Source: an uncultured delta proteobacterium
GTDB taxonomy: Bacteria > Desulfobacterota > Binatia > DP-6
DNA: 64,000 nucleotides
Direction of reading: 5' to 3'
NCBI GenBank assembly: GCA_963815115.1
Contig: CAWFFN010000005.1
Location: 640,001 to 704,000, forward strand
The position numbers and the translations under genes were made by a program. Within the stretch, counting starts at the first letter, position 1. Each line of letters begins with the position of its first letter. The notes under the pieces were generated by a model. That model saw nothing but the letters and a program-made list of their open reading frames with translations, searched no databases and had not been told where the DNA came from. Shown here one piece after another: positions 35,349 to 45,219 of this stretch.

Positions 35349-36016
35349 TCGGCGCCGCCGGCCACGCGCAGGAGGTGGCCTGGTCGCTGTCCGAGCAGCT
35401 GCGCTCGGCGGGCCAGCAATTCGAGCTGCGCTTCTTCGACGACCGCATCCCGCGCGGCCCCCTCGCGTCGGGACTCGGGGAGGTCGTCGGGACCGTCGAC
35501 GCGGTAGCCCACCACATCAGAGGCGACGAGGCGTGGCTGGTGTTGGGTATCGGCCTGCCACGCACGAAGGTGACCCTCGTGGAGCGACTCACACGGCTGG
35601 GACTGCCGTGGTCAACGGTCGTGCACCCGCGAGCCGTGATCGGTCCGCGGGTAACGCTCGGGGAGGGCACGTACGTCGCGGCGGGCGCGATCGTGACGGT
35701 GAACGTGCTGGTTGGCCGCTTCGTCACGATCAACATGCATTGCCAGGTTGCGCACGACGACGTGATCGCCGACTTCGCGACGCTGCATCCTGACACGCAT
35801 CTCTCGGGAAACGTGACGGTCGGAACCGGGTGTGAGCTGGGAACCGGGAGCATTGTCACCCCCGGGAACAGCATCGGGGACTGGGGGGTGCTCGGGGCTG
35901 GCTGTGTCGCGGTGCATTCAGTCCCTGGCGGCGAGACCTACGTGGGCCTGCCCGCCAAGCGCCAGGTGAAGCAGACCGGGACGCCACGGCGGGCGATCGT
36001 CGCGCGAGCACGATGA
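35333..36016 (+). CDS. Sugar N/O-acetyltransferase (PglD/NeuD-like, hexapeptide repeats)
   Basis: IGAAGHA, TVVHPRA, HDDVI motifs and left-handed beta-helix repeats. Confidence 0.9.
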   Translation: MRYLVIGAAGHAQEVAWSLSEQLRSAGQQFELRFFDDRIPRGPLASGLGEVVGTVDAVAHHIRGDEAWLVLGIGLPRTKVTLVERLTRLGLPWSTVVHPRAVIGPRVTLGEGTYVAAGAIVTVNVLVGRFVTINMHCQVAHDDVIADFATLHPDTHLSGNVTVGTGCELGTGSIVTPGNSIGDWGVLGAGCVAVHSVPGGETYVGLPAKRQVKQTGTPRRAIVARAR

Positions 36017-37467
36017 GCAGCACCTGGCTAGTCATCGGGCCGGCGTTCGTCATCCTCGGCATGGCCGGCCAGTACTATGAATTCTCGACGGTCCTGCTGG
36101 CGGTGTGCGTCACGATCATGGGCATCGCGATCGACTTCAGGTCGCGCCGGCCCCGTGTCCTCCGGCTCCTCGACATCTGGTGCTTCGCCTTTGCCTACCT
36201 ATTCGGCAGCGACGCGCTGGTGACGCTCTCGGACGTGCGCGACGACTTCGGGATCCGGCTAGCGAGCTCGGCGGAAGGGGTGATCGTGGCCGCGTTCGGG
36301 GCAACTCTGGTGGGATACGCCCTGGCCCAGGCGATCGCATCGCACCCTCGAAGACACCGTCATCCGATCGTACGCCGCCTTTCGGCGGAAATACTCCTCC
36401 TTCTCGTCCTCTCGGCGTTGATCCTCGTGTACGTGATGGTCGTCGCGTCGCCGGCCGAGCTGCTCGCCCGACGAAGCATGAGAGAGAACCGAGCGCTTGG
36501 CGAGGCATCGGTGGCCGTCGTCGCCGCCATGATCGTGCAGTCCGCGCTCACCGCGCGCCTGATGGTGCTGATCCGACGGCGCGCGATACTTGCCTTCCCC
36601 GTGGCAGTGGCCGCGCTCTCGGTTGTCGTCCTCTATCTCATCGGAACCCGGTACTTCCTGGGCTTTCTCGCCTTCAGCGTGCTCTTCTACGCAACTCGGA
36701 TGATGGAACCCCTTTCGAGGCGGCAGCTCTCGTTCTTCGCCGTTGCTGTCGTTGCGCTGGCTCTCGTTCAGGGCACGATGCGGTTCGTGCGCGGCACCGG
36801 CCTGGGCGCCGCCGATCGTAGCTCGGTGGTCTCGGCGGCGGGTCGTCCCGAAACCTATCTCAGTTCGGAAGGAATGCTGCGTGTGCACGCTTGGGTACAC
36901 TTGAAGCGCATCTTCGACGAGGAAGGCCGCTCACCCGAGCACGCGTTCATGCTCTACTGGTGGATACCGCGTACGCTGTGGCCCTCCAAGCCCACCATGG
37001 ACGGATACTGGCTCGCGCACGAGGTCATGGCGGACGGGGACGTCGGAGCGGGACACAGCGTCGCCGGAGGCTTCGTACTGCCGGCGCTCCTGGACTTCGG
37101 ACCTCTCGGCGGCGTGAGCTTTTGCCTGCTCTACGGGATCGTTCTCTGGAGACTCGATCGCTTCCTTGCGGCGCACCGGAATCCCCGCGATCCGGCGTCC
37201 GTGTTCGCAGCGCTGCTCCCATTCGCCGTGTTCTTCGGCATGCGATCGCCACAGACGAGCGCGATCTTCCTCGAGTCGTGCGTGGCGGTGTACTTGCCGA
37301 TCTTCCTCGTGCTGAAGATCTCCGCCCCGGCTCGCCGCCGTCGCCTCGCGGTGTCGGCTGCACGCAACATTTCCGTGGCGTCGACCGCCGCCCGGACCGG
37401 TTCCGTCCCGGTGGCGGCGCGGTGGGCGACGGCGAGGTCGCGACGATGGGTCAGGGGCGCGGTGTGA
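36013..37467 (+). CDS. Polytopic membrane protein, probable repeat-unit polymerase (Wzy)
   Basis: About 10-11 hydrophobic segments, WIPRTLWPSKP and DFGPLG motifs, and cluster context. Confidence 0.7.
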   Translation: MSSTWLVIGPAFVILGMAGQYYEFSTVLLAVCVTIMGIAIDFRSRRPRVLRLLDIWCFAFAYLFGSDALVTLSDVRDDFGIRLASSAEGVIVAAFGATLVGYALAQAIASHPRRHRHPIVRRLSAEILLLLVLSALILVYVMVVASPAELLARRSMRENRALGEASVAVVAAMIVQSALTARLMVLIRRRAILAFPVAVAALSVVVLYLIGTRYFLGFLAFSVLFYATRMMEPLSRRQLSFFAVAVVALALVQGTMRFVRGTGLGAADRSSVVSAAGRPETYLSSEGMLRVHAWVHLKRIFDEEGRSPEHAFMLYWWIPRTLWPSKPTMDGYWLAHEVMADGDVGAGHSVAGGFVLPALLDFGPLGGVSFCLLYGIVLWRLDRFLAAHRNPRDPASVFAALLPFAVFFGMRSPQTSAIFLESCVAVYLPIFLVLKISAPARRRRLAVSAARNISVASTAARTGSVPVAARWATARSRRWVRGAV

Positions 37468-38552
37468 TGCGCGTGGCAGTAGAGGCCACGAGCGCGGCGC
37501 CCGGAGGAGGCCTCAGCTTCCTGCGAGGCGCGCTGCGAGCCCTGGCCGAGCGTGGCGACGTCGAGATCGACCTCTTCGTGCAGCCAGCGCTGGCTCGGGA
37601 GAGCTTCGGTCCGGGCGTCAGCGTGCACGTGACCGGCCCGTTCCGCGGCTTGGTGCATCGACTCGGCTGGGTCCAGTCCGCGTTCCCGCGCCGCGTGGCA
37701 GCGCACGACGTGGTCTTCGCGCCCGGGAACCTGGCTCCGTTACCGGCGGCAAGACGAACCGTCCTGTTCGTGCAGAACGCGCACGTCGTGCCGCAGACGC
37801 TCTGGCGCGCCGAGTACCGGAGGCCCAAGCGCAGACTCCAGCGCCTGATGGCACGGCTCAGCATCCGCCGGGCGGCGCAGGTGCTATTCGTGTCCGAGAC
37901 GCTGAAGACGTGGGCGCAGCCGTGGTGGCAGGACAGAGGCAGCGAGCCGGGTGTCGCCTACCCGGGGCTGACGCTCGCACCGGAGCGGGTCGAGGAACGC
38001 CGGGCGGGTCGCGACGTGCTGCTCGTCGGCAACCTCGTGCCGCACAAGCGGGTGGATCGCGCGATCCGCGCGTTTGCCCTGCTGACGAGGCGTGACGGTC
38101 GAGCCGGCCGGCTCCGGATTGCCGGCCTCGAGGCATGGCCCGGGCTACTGGGGCGCCTGAGAGCGCTCGTTGCCCGCGAGGGAATCGAGGAGCGCGTCGA
38201 CTTCCTCGGCTTCGTCGATGTCCGGACGCTGGCGCACGCCTACGCCACGAGCGGATGCTACCTGACGACGTCAGCACTCGAATCGCTCGGGTTCCCGGCG
38301 CTGGAGGCGATGGCGGCAGGGACACCGGTGGTGGTCCCGGATACGGCTGTGTTCCACGAGATATGCGGGCCCGCCGGCATGTACTTCTCCGACCACGATG
38401 ATGCCGTCGTGGCACGGCTCGCTGCTTCCCTGGACCGTCCCCCGGGTGAGCATGGGCTGCGGCGTGCCGCGCGCGAGCAGCTGACGAAGTTCTCCTGGCC
38501 GGTGTTCGCCGACCGGCTGCGAGCTGCGCTCGGGGCCGTGACGACGACATGA
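37467..38552 (+). CDS. Glycosyltransferase family 4
   Basis: VGNLVPHKRV and ESLGFPALEAMAAGTPVV motifs. Confidence 0.92.
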   Translation: MRVAVEATSAAPGGGLSFLRGALRALAERGDVEIDLFVQPALARESFGPGVSVHVTGPFRGLVHRLGWVQSAFPRRVAAHDVVFAPGNLAPLPAARRTVLFVQNAHVVPQTLWRAEYRRPKRRLQRLMARLSIRRAAQVLFVSETLKTWAQPWWQDRGSEPGVAYPGLTLAPERVEERRAGRDVLLVGNLVPHKRVDRAIRAFALLTRRDGRAGRLRIAGLEAWPGLLGRLRALVAREGIEERVDFLGFVDVRTLAHAYATSGCYLTTSALESLGFPALEAMAAGTPVVVPDTAVFHEICGPAGMYFSDHDDAVVARLAASLDRPPGEHGLRRAAREQLTKFSWPVFADRLRAALGAVTTT

Positions 38553-40267
38553 CGGTCAGACTTCTTCAGCTGGGGCTCGTGCTGGTCGTCACGTTTGCGC
38601 GCACCGGGGTGGTGCGGCCGGCCGCGGCTCCCACCGCGCCTGCCTTTGCGGTGCAGTTCGACGGGATGTCCTTGCATCGATATCGGCACGGTCCGGCCGT
38701 CTCGGATGATCTGCTGGATGCGACGGTCGCTCTCACGGGCGAAGACGAATGGGAGCTGACGCTCACCCCGAAGCACGATCCCATCACGGCCGTGTGGTTC
38801 CCGTGGGAGGCCGACAGGGCTCTCGTCCCACGCGCCGATTCGGCTGTCGTCTACTACCCCAGGCTGCTCGGAGTCGCCGTACGCTCGGCGCTCCTCGCCG
38901 AATGGGGATGGCAGGGCGGCCCGTATCCCGGCGAGTGCTTCGCGCCGCTGGTGGTGGTCGCCGACGACTCTGAATCCCGAATGGTGGCTGCCACGAACTG
39001 GCCGCCGCGCCGCGTGACCCCGATGTACTCGCTGGGCCGGATCGGCTTGCGCTACGACGAGCGTGTCACGGCCGGGGTCCGGCGATCATACCGCGCCCTG
39101 GTGGTCCGGACATCTCGTGGTGCGGGCGAATCGCCATGGCAGCGAGCGCTCGACCGATACAAGTCGTGGGTGAAGGCGCGGGTCCTGGCCGCGGGGTTGG
39201 AGCCGTCACCGCCGCCGTGGCTTCAGGTTGCGCACGGGTGGCTCAACGTGCAGCTCGAGAACCTGCCCACGTGGGATCCGGGCGCCGTCAAGGCATCCTG
39301 GGAGCGATGGCGGCAGTGGCTCCCCTGGGTGCAGTTCTGGGGGCAGATGAGCGGTCACTTTGAGCATGGCCGCTCCGACCCCTCCCAGGCTGGCTGCTGC
39401 CTCCAGACGTCGCAAATGCATTCGCGGTACGAGCCCGACTTGCTACGCATCGCGCGCGGCATCGCGCGCGAAGGTCACGTCGGCTTCTACGCACGCCCGC
39501 GTGCGCCCTACGCCCCGCTCGTCGCCCCTGGCGACTCCCGAGAGACGCCTGAGTTTGCGTTCGTACGCGACTGGCTCCAGCGCAACCGCAGCGAATACGG
39601 TGCCAATGCCTTCTATGTCGACGTGCTCGGCGGGCGCGACTTCGGCGAGCCCCTGCGCGTCGCGAAACTGATCAAGGGCGAGATGGATCCCGCGACGGTG
39701 ATCGAGCGCGCCGTGGATATCTACCCGTCGGCGTCGCTCGTCAGCGGCGCACTTGGGGGAGGGACCTGGCAGGGTGGGCCCGGCCGCACGCCGGGTCGGC
39801 TCGGCCAGGCGCTGTCACGGACGACGTTCCCGGCCTTTGGCCGCTACCTCCTCGACGATCGCATCATGTTTCTTGGCGAGAGTAACGGGGACTACCGCTG
39901 GTGGGGCCCCCAGGGGGGCTACTGGACCGAGAGGCAGGCGTTTCTGCTCGGCGCGAAGTTCGACGTCGTCCATCCGACGGAGAACGGGAGACCCGACGGT
40001 CCGGCGAACGAGGCGCTGGTCGCTGCGATCGAGGCCCGTGATCAGGTCGGCTGGTGGCGTCGCGATCCGGTCTACCTCGACCAACGCGGGATCGGAGCGA
40101 TCCCGGCCGACGTGGACGTCCGGCGCTTCCGCGGGCGCGACGGCGAGACGCTGCTCGTCGTCGACAACTGGAGCGGCCGGCGCGACGTCACCCTGATGCT
40201 GGACGGGCGCTCGGTAGCGCTGCCGAACGAACGCTTGTCCATCGTCGTCATTCCGAGAGCGACATGA
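38549..40267 (+). CDS. Exported hypothetical protein, Trp/Tyr-rich, possibly glycoside-hydrolase-like
   Basis: N-terminal signal-like segment, GHVGFYAR and GANAFYVDVLG segments reminiscent of TIM-barrel glycosidases. Translationally coupled on both sides. Confidence 0.6.
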   Translation: MTVRLLQLGLVLVVTFARTGVVRPAAAPTAPAFAVQFDGMSLHRYRHGPAVSDDLLDATVALTGEDEWELTLTPKHDPITAVWFPWEADRALVPRADSAVVYYPRLLGVAVRSALLAEWGWQGGPYPGECFAPLVVVADDSESRMVAATNWPPRRVTPMYSLGRIGLRYDERVTAGVRRSYRALVVRTSRGAGESPWQRALDRYKSWVKARVLAAGLEPSPPPWLQVAHGWLNVQLENLPTWDPGAVKASWERWRQWLPWVQFWGQMSGHFEHGRSDPSQAGCCLQTSQMHSRYEPDLLRIARGIAREGHVGFYARPRAPYAPLVAPGDSRETPEFAFVRDWLQRNRSEYGANAFYVDVLGGRDFGEPLRVAKLIKGEMDPATVIERAVDIYPSASLVSGALGGGTWQGGPGRTPGRLGQALSRTTFPAFGRYLLDDRIMFLGESNGDYRWWGPQGGYWTERQAFLLGAKFDVVHPTENGRPDGPANEALVAAIEARDQVGWWRRDPVYLDQRGIGAIPADVDVRRFRGRDGETLLVVDNWSGRRDVTLMLDGRSVALPNERLSIVVIPRAT

Positions 40268-41511
40268 TCGCGCCGGCAGTAGACATCCGATTCGGAAATA
40301 CGGCGCCCAGCGACCATCGAACCGCGGCTTCGCTCGAGTGTCGGGTCGTCGTATTCCAGCCGGCCCTGGCACGATATCGGCGTCCGGTGTTTCGTCGCCT
40401 CGGCCAGCGGGTCGGCTCGTTGACGCTCGTGCACGGGGAGCGACCATTGCCCGGTGAGGTGCCGGCGTCGGACGAAGGACTGGAGGGGGTGCACACCGTC
40501 GCGGTGGCACACACGAGGCGGGGGCCTGCCTTCTGGATGCCCGCGATGTGGCGAGTCGCGGGCGAGGACCGCCACGATGTCGCGGTGTTCAGCTGGAACA
40601 CCCGGTACCCGCATCTTCCCCTCGCGATGCTGCGGGCGAGGCGCTCGGGGATGGGTGTCGCTCTCTGGGGCCATGGCTATTCGATCAGGAACACCCGGAT
40701 TCGACGCAGCTACCGCAATCTGCTCACGCGTTTCGCCGATGCCATCATCACGTACAATCGCCGCGCGGCGAGCGACCTGATGCTCGCGGGCATTCCCCGG
40801 AACAGGATATTCGTGGCACCCAACGCTCTCGATGGCGAGGCGATCGACGCAGCCGCCGCGGCCTGGACGGATACGGCCGAGCGGATGCGCCAGTTTCAGG
40901 AGCGGCTCGGCGTGCTCGACCGGCCGGTGGCGCTCTTCGTGTCGCGGCTTGGTAGCTTGGCAAATCTTCGCGTGCTCATCGATACCTGGCGCATGGTCGT
41001 CACCGCTGCGCCGCAAGCGCGGCTCGTGATCGTCGGCGATGGTCCGGCCAGGAAGGGCCTGGAGCACTGCATCGACGAGCATGGACTCGAGGCGTCGGTG
41101 GCGTGCGTGGGGCCGGTCTTCGGAGAGGAGGCCATCGCCCCGTACTTTCTGACGGCACGCCTGCTGCTGCATCCGGTCAGGATCGGCCTGGCTCTCAATC
41201 ACGCCATGGGCTACGGCGTTCCCGTCGTCACCTTCGACGACGCGTCCTTGCACGGGCCGGAGTTCGAGGCGTTGCGGCATGGCGCAAATGGGCTCTCGGC
41301 CCGACACGGAGACGTCGAAGCGCTGGCCGGCCACGCGACCCACCTGCTGCTGCACGGCCAGCTTGCAGCCTCCTTCGGCCGCGAGGCCAAAGAGAACATG
41401 CGCAGCGGATACGGGCTCGACGGGATGGTGGACGGGTTCGTCGAGGCCGTGCGTTGCGCCCACGCTGCGGGCGCGCGCCGGCAGCAGGCACGAGGGTGGT
41501 CGAACGCGTGA
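40264..41511 (+). CDS. Glycosyltransferase family 4
   Basis: FVSRL, IVGDGP and GLALNHAMGYGVPVVT motifs. Confidence 0.9.
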   Translation: MIAPAVDIRFGNTAPSDHRTAASLECRVVVFQPALARYRRPVFRRLGQRVGSLTLVHGERPLPGEVPASDEGLEGVHTVAVAHTRRGPAFWMPAMWRVAGEDRHDVAVFSWNTRYPHLPLAMLRARRSGMGVALWGHGYSIRNTRIRRSYRNLLTRFADAIITYNRRAASDLMLAGIPRNRIFVAPNALDGEAIDAAAAAWTDTAERMRQFQERLGVLDRPVALFVSRLGSLANLRVLIDTWRMVVTAAPQARLVIVGDGPARKGLEHCIDEHGLEASVACVGPVFGEEAIAPYFLTARLLLHPVRIGLALNHAMGYGVPVVTFDDASLHGPEFEALRHGANGLSARHGDVEALAGHATHLLLHGQLAASFGREAKENMRSGYGLDGMVDGFVEAVRCAHAAGARRQQARGWSNA

Positions 41512-41722
41512 GGCGTCAATCCCGACCTCTACCTCTCATGCTCGCCGCCCGCCCAAGCGCGATATGGCCTTCGGGCGGGAGTCCCGTCTTCTCAGGGCTC
41601 CCGCCGCGATTGGTTCTGGTCGGCAAACGCCCCGGTCCCACCCCGCAGATCGACGAATCGGCACCCGTCAGCCTGCGTCGAGACGAGCCGCACGCGCGGC
41701 TCCGTTCCCGGAAGGAACCGCG

Positions 41723-43165
41723 GTGAGTCGGTCGAGGAACGCTCGCGCCGTGGCGCCTGGGAGCACACATCGAACCTCTGTCTCGCGAGCGACGGAGACC
41801 AAGGTCCTGCCATCCCGTTCCGCTCCCGATGGCGAAACCGGCAGGCAGCACGTCCTCAGAGATTCGGTCGTGACGATCGCGGGCGAGGCTCTGACGAGCC
41901 TTGCCAATCTGGCGGCGAGCGTGCTGCTGGCACGCGCCCTGGGGGCGGACGGGAAAGGCGTGTTCACGTTCGTGATGACCGTCACCGCCACCGCAGCCTC
42001 GGTTCTCGGCCTGCGGTGGGACCGGCCGGCAGGCCATTTTCTCGCGCGGGATGTAACGGCCCTGCCCACCATCCTCACGTCGATCGCCCTGGTGACCGCG
42101 ATCGCAGCTGGGATCACCGGGGTCGGCCTTGCCGCCTGTCCCGAGCACCTCGTGATGATCGTGCTCCGCGGTGTGGATCCATCGAGCGCCGCGGTTCTCA
42201 CCTGGCTGGTCGGTGCCCAGTGCCTGTACCTGGGAACCGCGGCGCTCTTCGCAGGTTTGAGGAAGTTCACATACCGATCGAGGTTTCTGCTCTCGTTCCA
42301 TTTCCTGCAGGCCGCCGTGACAGGCGCTCTCTTCGTGTTCGGGGTCGACGACGTTTCCCTGTACCTGAAGTGGTACGCGATCACCGGCTGGGGGGTGGGG
42401 CTGGCGTGGCTGCTGGTATTTGCCTTCGTCCAACGCGTGTCACCCCGGTGGGATTGGCGATTGATCAAACGCATGGCCACGTTCGGTTCGGTTTCGTACT
42501 TCTCTCTCCTCCTCGATCTCGTGACGGTCCGACTCGATGTGATCTTGCTGAACTTTCTCGCTTCGGCGTCTGCAGTGGGCGTCTACTCGGTGGCGGTGGC
42601 GATCGGAGCTCGCCTGGCGACAATTCCTCAGATCGTGGCGTACGTCGTGTACCATCGGACGTCCGCCCGCGAACTGGGCCCGGGCGCGACGACCGCCCAG
42701 ATCCTGAGGGTTGCCACGGTGGTAGTCGTCTGCGGCGGGCTCCTCGCGGTCGCGGCGGGAACCGTCCTCGTGGTTCCGGTCTTCGGTCCCGACTTTGCGA
42801 AGGCGGTGCCCGCTCTCTGGGTGATGATTCCGGCGATGAGCATCTGGGGCTTGTTCAAGCTTCTTGCGTCGGACATCGAAGGCAGAGGAAGGCCCGGGAT
42901 CGTCGCTCTCATCAGCCTTGCCGCGAATGCGACGATCGTCATCCTGGACGTCGGGTGGATTCCCCGATACGGGATCGTCGGTGCAGCTTGGGCGAGCCTG
43001 ATCGCATACGGCGTGGCACTCGGCCTGGCAGCGGTGGCTTTCTGCAAAGTCACTGGACTCCAATTTCGAGAGGCCTATCTGCTGCGAGGCGCAGACATCA
43101 GCTCGATCTACCGACTCGCCGGACGCGTCATCCGAACCCGGCAGCTCATGGAGCAGCCGGGCTGA
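41723..43165 (+). CDS. Oligosaccharide flippase (Wzx)
   Basis: LARALGADGKG, RLDVILL...VGVYSVA and IPRYGIVGAAWAS motifs, multiple TM segments, and a GTG start with GAAGGA RBS. Confidence 0.88.
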   Translation: MSRSRNARAVAPGSTHRTSVSRATETKVLPSRSAPDGETGRQHVLRDSVVTIAGEALTSLANLAASVLLARALGADGKGVFTFVMTVTATAASVLGLRWDRPAGHFLARDVTALPTILTSIALVTAIAAGITGVGLAACPEHLVMIVLRGVDPSSAAVLTWLVGAQCLYLGTAALFAGLRKFTYRSRFLLSFHFLQAAVTGALFVFGVDDVSLYLKWYAITGWGVGLAWLLVFAFVQRVSPRWDWRLIKRMATFGSVSYFSLLLDLVTVRLDVILLNFLASASAVGVYSVAVAIGARLATIPQIVAYVVYHRTSARELGPGATTAQILRVATVVVVCGGLLAVAAGTVLVVPVFGPDFAKAVPALWVMIPAMSIWGLFKLLASDIEGRGRPGIVALISLAANATIVILDVGWIPRYGIVGAAWASLIAYGVALGLAAVAFCKVTGLQFREAYLLRGADISSIYRLAGRVIRTRQLMEQPG

Positions 43166-43180
43166 TCGAGGGGAGAAGCG

Positions 43181-43837
43181 ATGGCAATGCTCGCGAGCCG
43201 TCTCCACCTTCCCCGCCCGGCTCGACACTGGACGTTGCGGTACATCCTCGACCGCGTCGAGCTTCTGGTGTGGGAACGCATGAACCCCGCCGCGCCATGG
43301 TTGGTGGCGGAAGCGGTGGACCTTCTCGACCGTCGGCTGAAGGCTTCCGATCTGGTCGTCGAGTTCGGATCGGGTCGGAGCACGCTCTGGCTAGCCCGAC
43401 GGGTACGCCGAGTCGTCAGCGTCGAGCACGACCCTGTCTGGCACGATCGGGTGACAAAGCAGCTGGCCGCAGAGGCGCTTCGCAACGTGAACTACCATCT
43501 CGTGCGCGACGAGACGAGCGGTTCGGGCGATGGCGATGGGTACGTCGGCGTGGCAACGGGGTCTCTCGATGGCCCGGTCGATCTCGTGCTCGTTGATGGG
43601 ATTCGACGCGATGCCTGTGCGCTCTGGGCGCTGGATCACCTGCGTCCAGGCGGTCTGATCGTCGTCGACAACGCGAACCGCTACCTGCCGCACGCGACGA
43701 GGTCGCCGGCATCTCTCGGTGCGCATGGCGTCCCGCCCACCGCGGATTGGCGAGACTTCGCGGCCGCGGTGAGTCACTGGGATCGTATCTGGTTCTCGAA
43801 CGGCGTGACCGACACCGCGGTCTTTTCCAGTCGCTGA
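43181..43837 (+). CDS. Class I SAM-dependent methyltransferase
   Basis: VEFGSGRST, DLVLVDG and LRPGGLIVVDN motifs. Confidence 0.9.
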   Translation: MAMLASRLHLPRPARHWTLRYILDRVELLVWERMNPAAPWLVAEAVDLLDRRLKASDLVVEFGSGRSTLWLARRVRRVVSVEHDPVWHDRVTKQLAAEALRNVNYHLVRDETSGSGDGDGYVGVATGSLDGPVDLVLVDGIRRDACALWALDHLRPGGLIVVDNANRYLPHATRSPASLGAHGVPPTADWRDFAAAVSHWDRIWFSNGVTDTAVFSSR

Positions 43838-44064
43838 GGCGCGATCGGCGGAGGACGGCCTTGCGTCGAATCGTGAGGCCCGCGTCGCCGGCGCTCGTGG
43901 TCCTGGATCGAGACGACACACCCATCTCGAGGTCGGCGGCCACCTGCTGAGCCTGCTGCGCCGGACCGCGTCGGCTTGCGCCACGTCGCTCCCGGCGGCT
44001 CCCAGCCCCGCCGACGGGACGCGCCCAGGCATCTACTTTGTCCCGCCACATCGGAGATTCACGC

Positions 44065-45219
44065 ATGACCATCCCCATGTCCCAACCCGACATCACCTCC
44101 GCCGAACGCGCCGCCGTGCTCGACGTGCTGTCCTCGGCGACCCTCGCGCTCGGCCCCCGACTCGATCGCTTCGAGCGCACGCTGGCCGGATACGTCGGGG
44201 CGCGGCATGGCATCGGCGTCTCCAGCGGCACGGCGGGACTGCACCTCTGCGTGGTGGCAGCCGGAGTCGGCGAGGGCGACGTGGTTCTCACGACGCCCTT
44301 CAGCTTCGTGGCATCCGCCAACTGCATCCTCTACGAGCGCGCCCGCCCGGTCTTCGTCGACATCGATCCCGTGACCCTCACCATCGACCCGGACGCCCTC
44401 GAGGCGGCCGCGAGGAAGCACGTCGCCCGCGGCGAGCGGCTGAAGGCGATCCTGCCGGTGCACGTCTTCGGCCACCCGGCCGACATGGATCCGATCCGAG
44501 ACCTGGCTCAGCGCTATGGCCTCGCGGTCATCGAGGACGCCTGCGAGGCGATCGGCGCGACCTACAAGGAGCGCCCGGTCGGCACGCTCGGCGACGCCGC
44601 CGTGTTCGCCTTCTACCCCAACAAGCAGATGACCACCGGCGAGGGCGGCATGATCGTCACCGACGATCGGACGTGGGACGCGCTCTTCCGCAGCCTGCGC
44701 AACCAGGGCCGCGACGTCTTCGACGGCTGGCTCGAGCACAGCCGGCTCGGCTGGAACTATCGCCTGGACGAGATGAGCGCGGCGCTCGGCGCCGTGCAGG
44801 TCGAGCGCCTGGACGAGATCCTGGCCCGGCGCGAGCGCGTGGCGACCGCCTACACGCAGCGCCTGCTACGCCTGGAGCACGTGACCACGCCCACCGTCGC
44901 CCCCTGGGTCACCCGCATGAGCTGGTTCGTGTACGTCGTCCGCCTCGCGCCCTGGCTCGATCGCGACGGCGTGATCCGTGCCCTCGGGGCACACGGCGTA
45001 CCGTCGCGTCCGTACTTCCCGCCCATTCACCTGCAGCCGCTCTACCGCGAACGCTTCGGCTTCCGGGCCGGAGACTTTCCCGTGAGCGAGGACATGGGGC
45101 GCCGCTGCCTGGCGCTGCCGTTCTTCGGTGGCATGAGCGACGTCCAGGTCGACACCGTCTGCGGCGCCCTGGCGGAGATCGTCGCGGAGGCCGAAACCGC
45201 GAGGAGGGCCAGCGCATGA
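44065..45219 (+). CDS. DegT/DnrJ/EryC1/StrS sugar aminotransferase
   Basis: SSGTAGLH, IEDACEA and FYPNKQMTTGEGG (PLP lysine) motifs. Confidence 0.95.
   Translation: MTIPMSQPDITSAERAAVLDVLSSATLALGPRLDRFERTLAGYVGARHGIGVSSGTAGLHLCVVAAGVGEGDVVLTTPFSFVASANCILYERARPVFVDIDPVTLTIDPDALEAAARKHVARGERLKAILPVHVFGHPADMDPIRDLAQRYGLAVIEDACEAIGATYKERPVGTLGDAAVFAFYPNKQMTTGEGGMIVTDDRTWDALFRSLRNQGRDVFDGWLEHSRLGWNYRLDEMSAALGAVQVERLDEILARRERVATAYTQRLLRLEHVTTPTVAPWVTRMSWFVYVVRLAPWLDRDGVIRALGAHGVPSRPYFPPIHLQPLYRERFGFRAGDFPVSEDMGRRCLALPFFGGMSDVQVDTVCGALAEIVAEAETARRASA

Noticed and set aside
37052-37077. GACACA-N16-CGTA, a near match to the ECF motif
   Set aside because: It lies inside the wzy coding sequence and lacks CGTC, so it is likely chance.
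43915-43940. Intergenic GACACA-N16-CGGC upstream of the aminotransferase
   Set aside because: The -10 box does not match CGTC, so it was not counted as a regulon member, although it is worth including in a scored scan.
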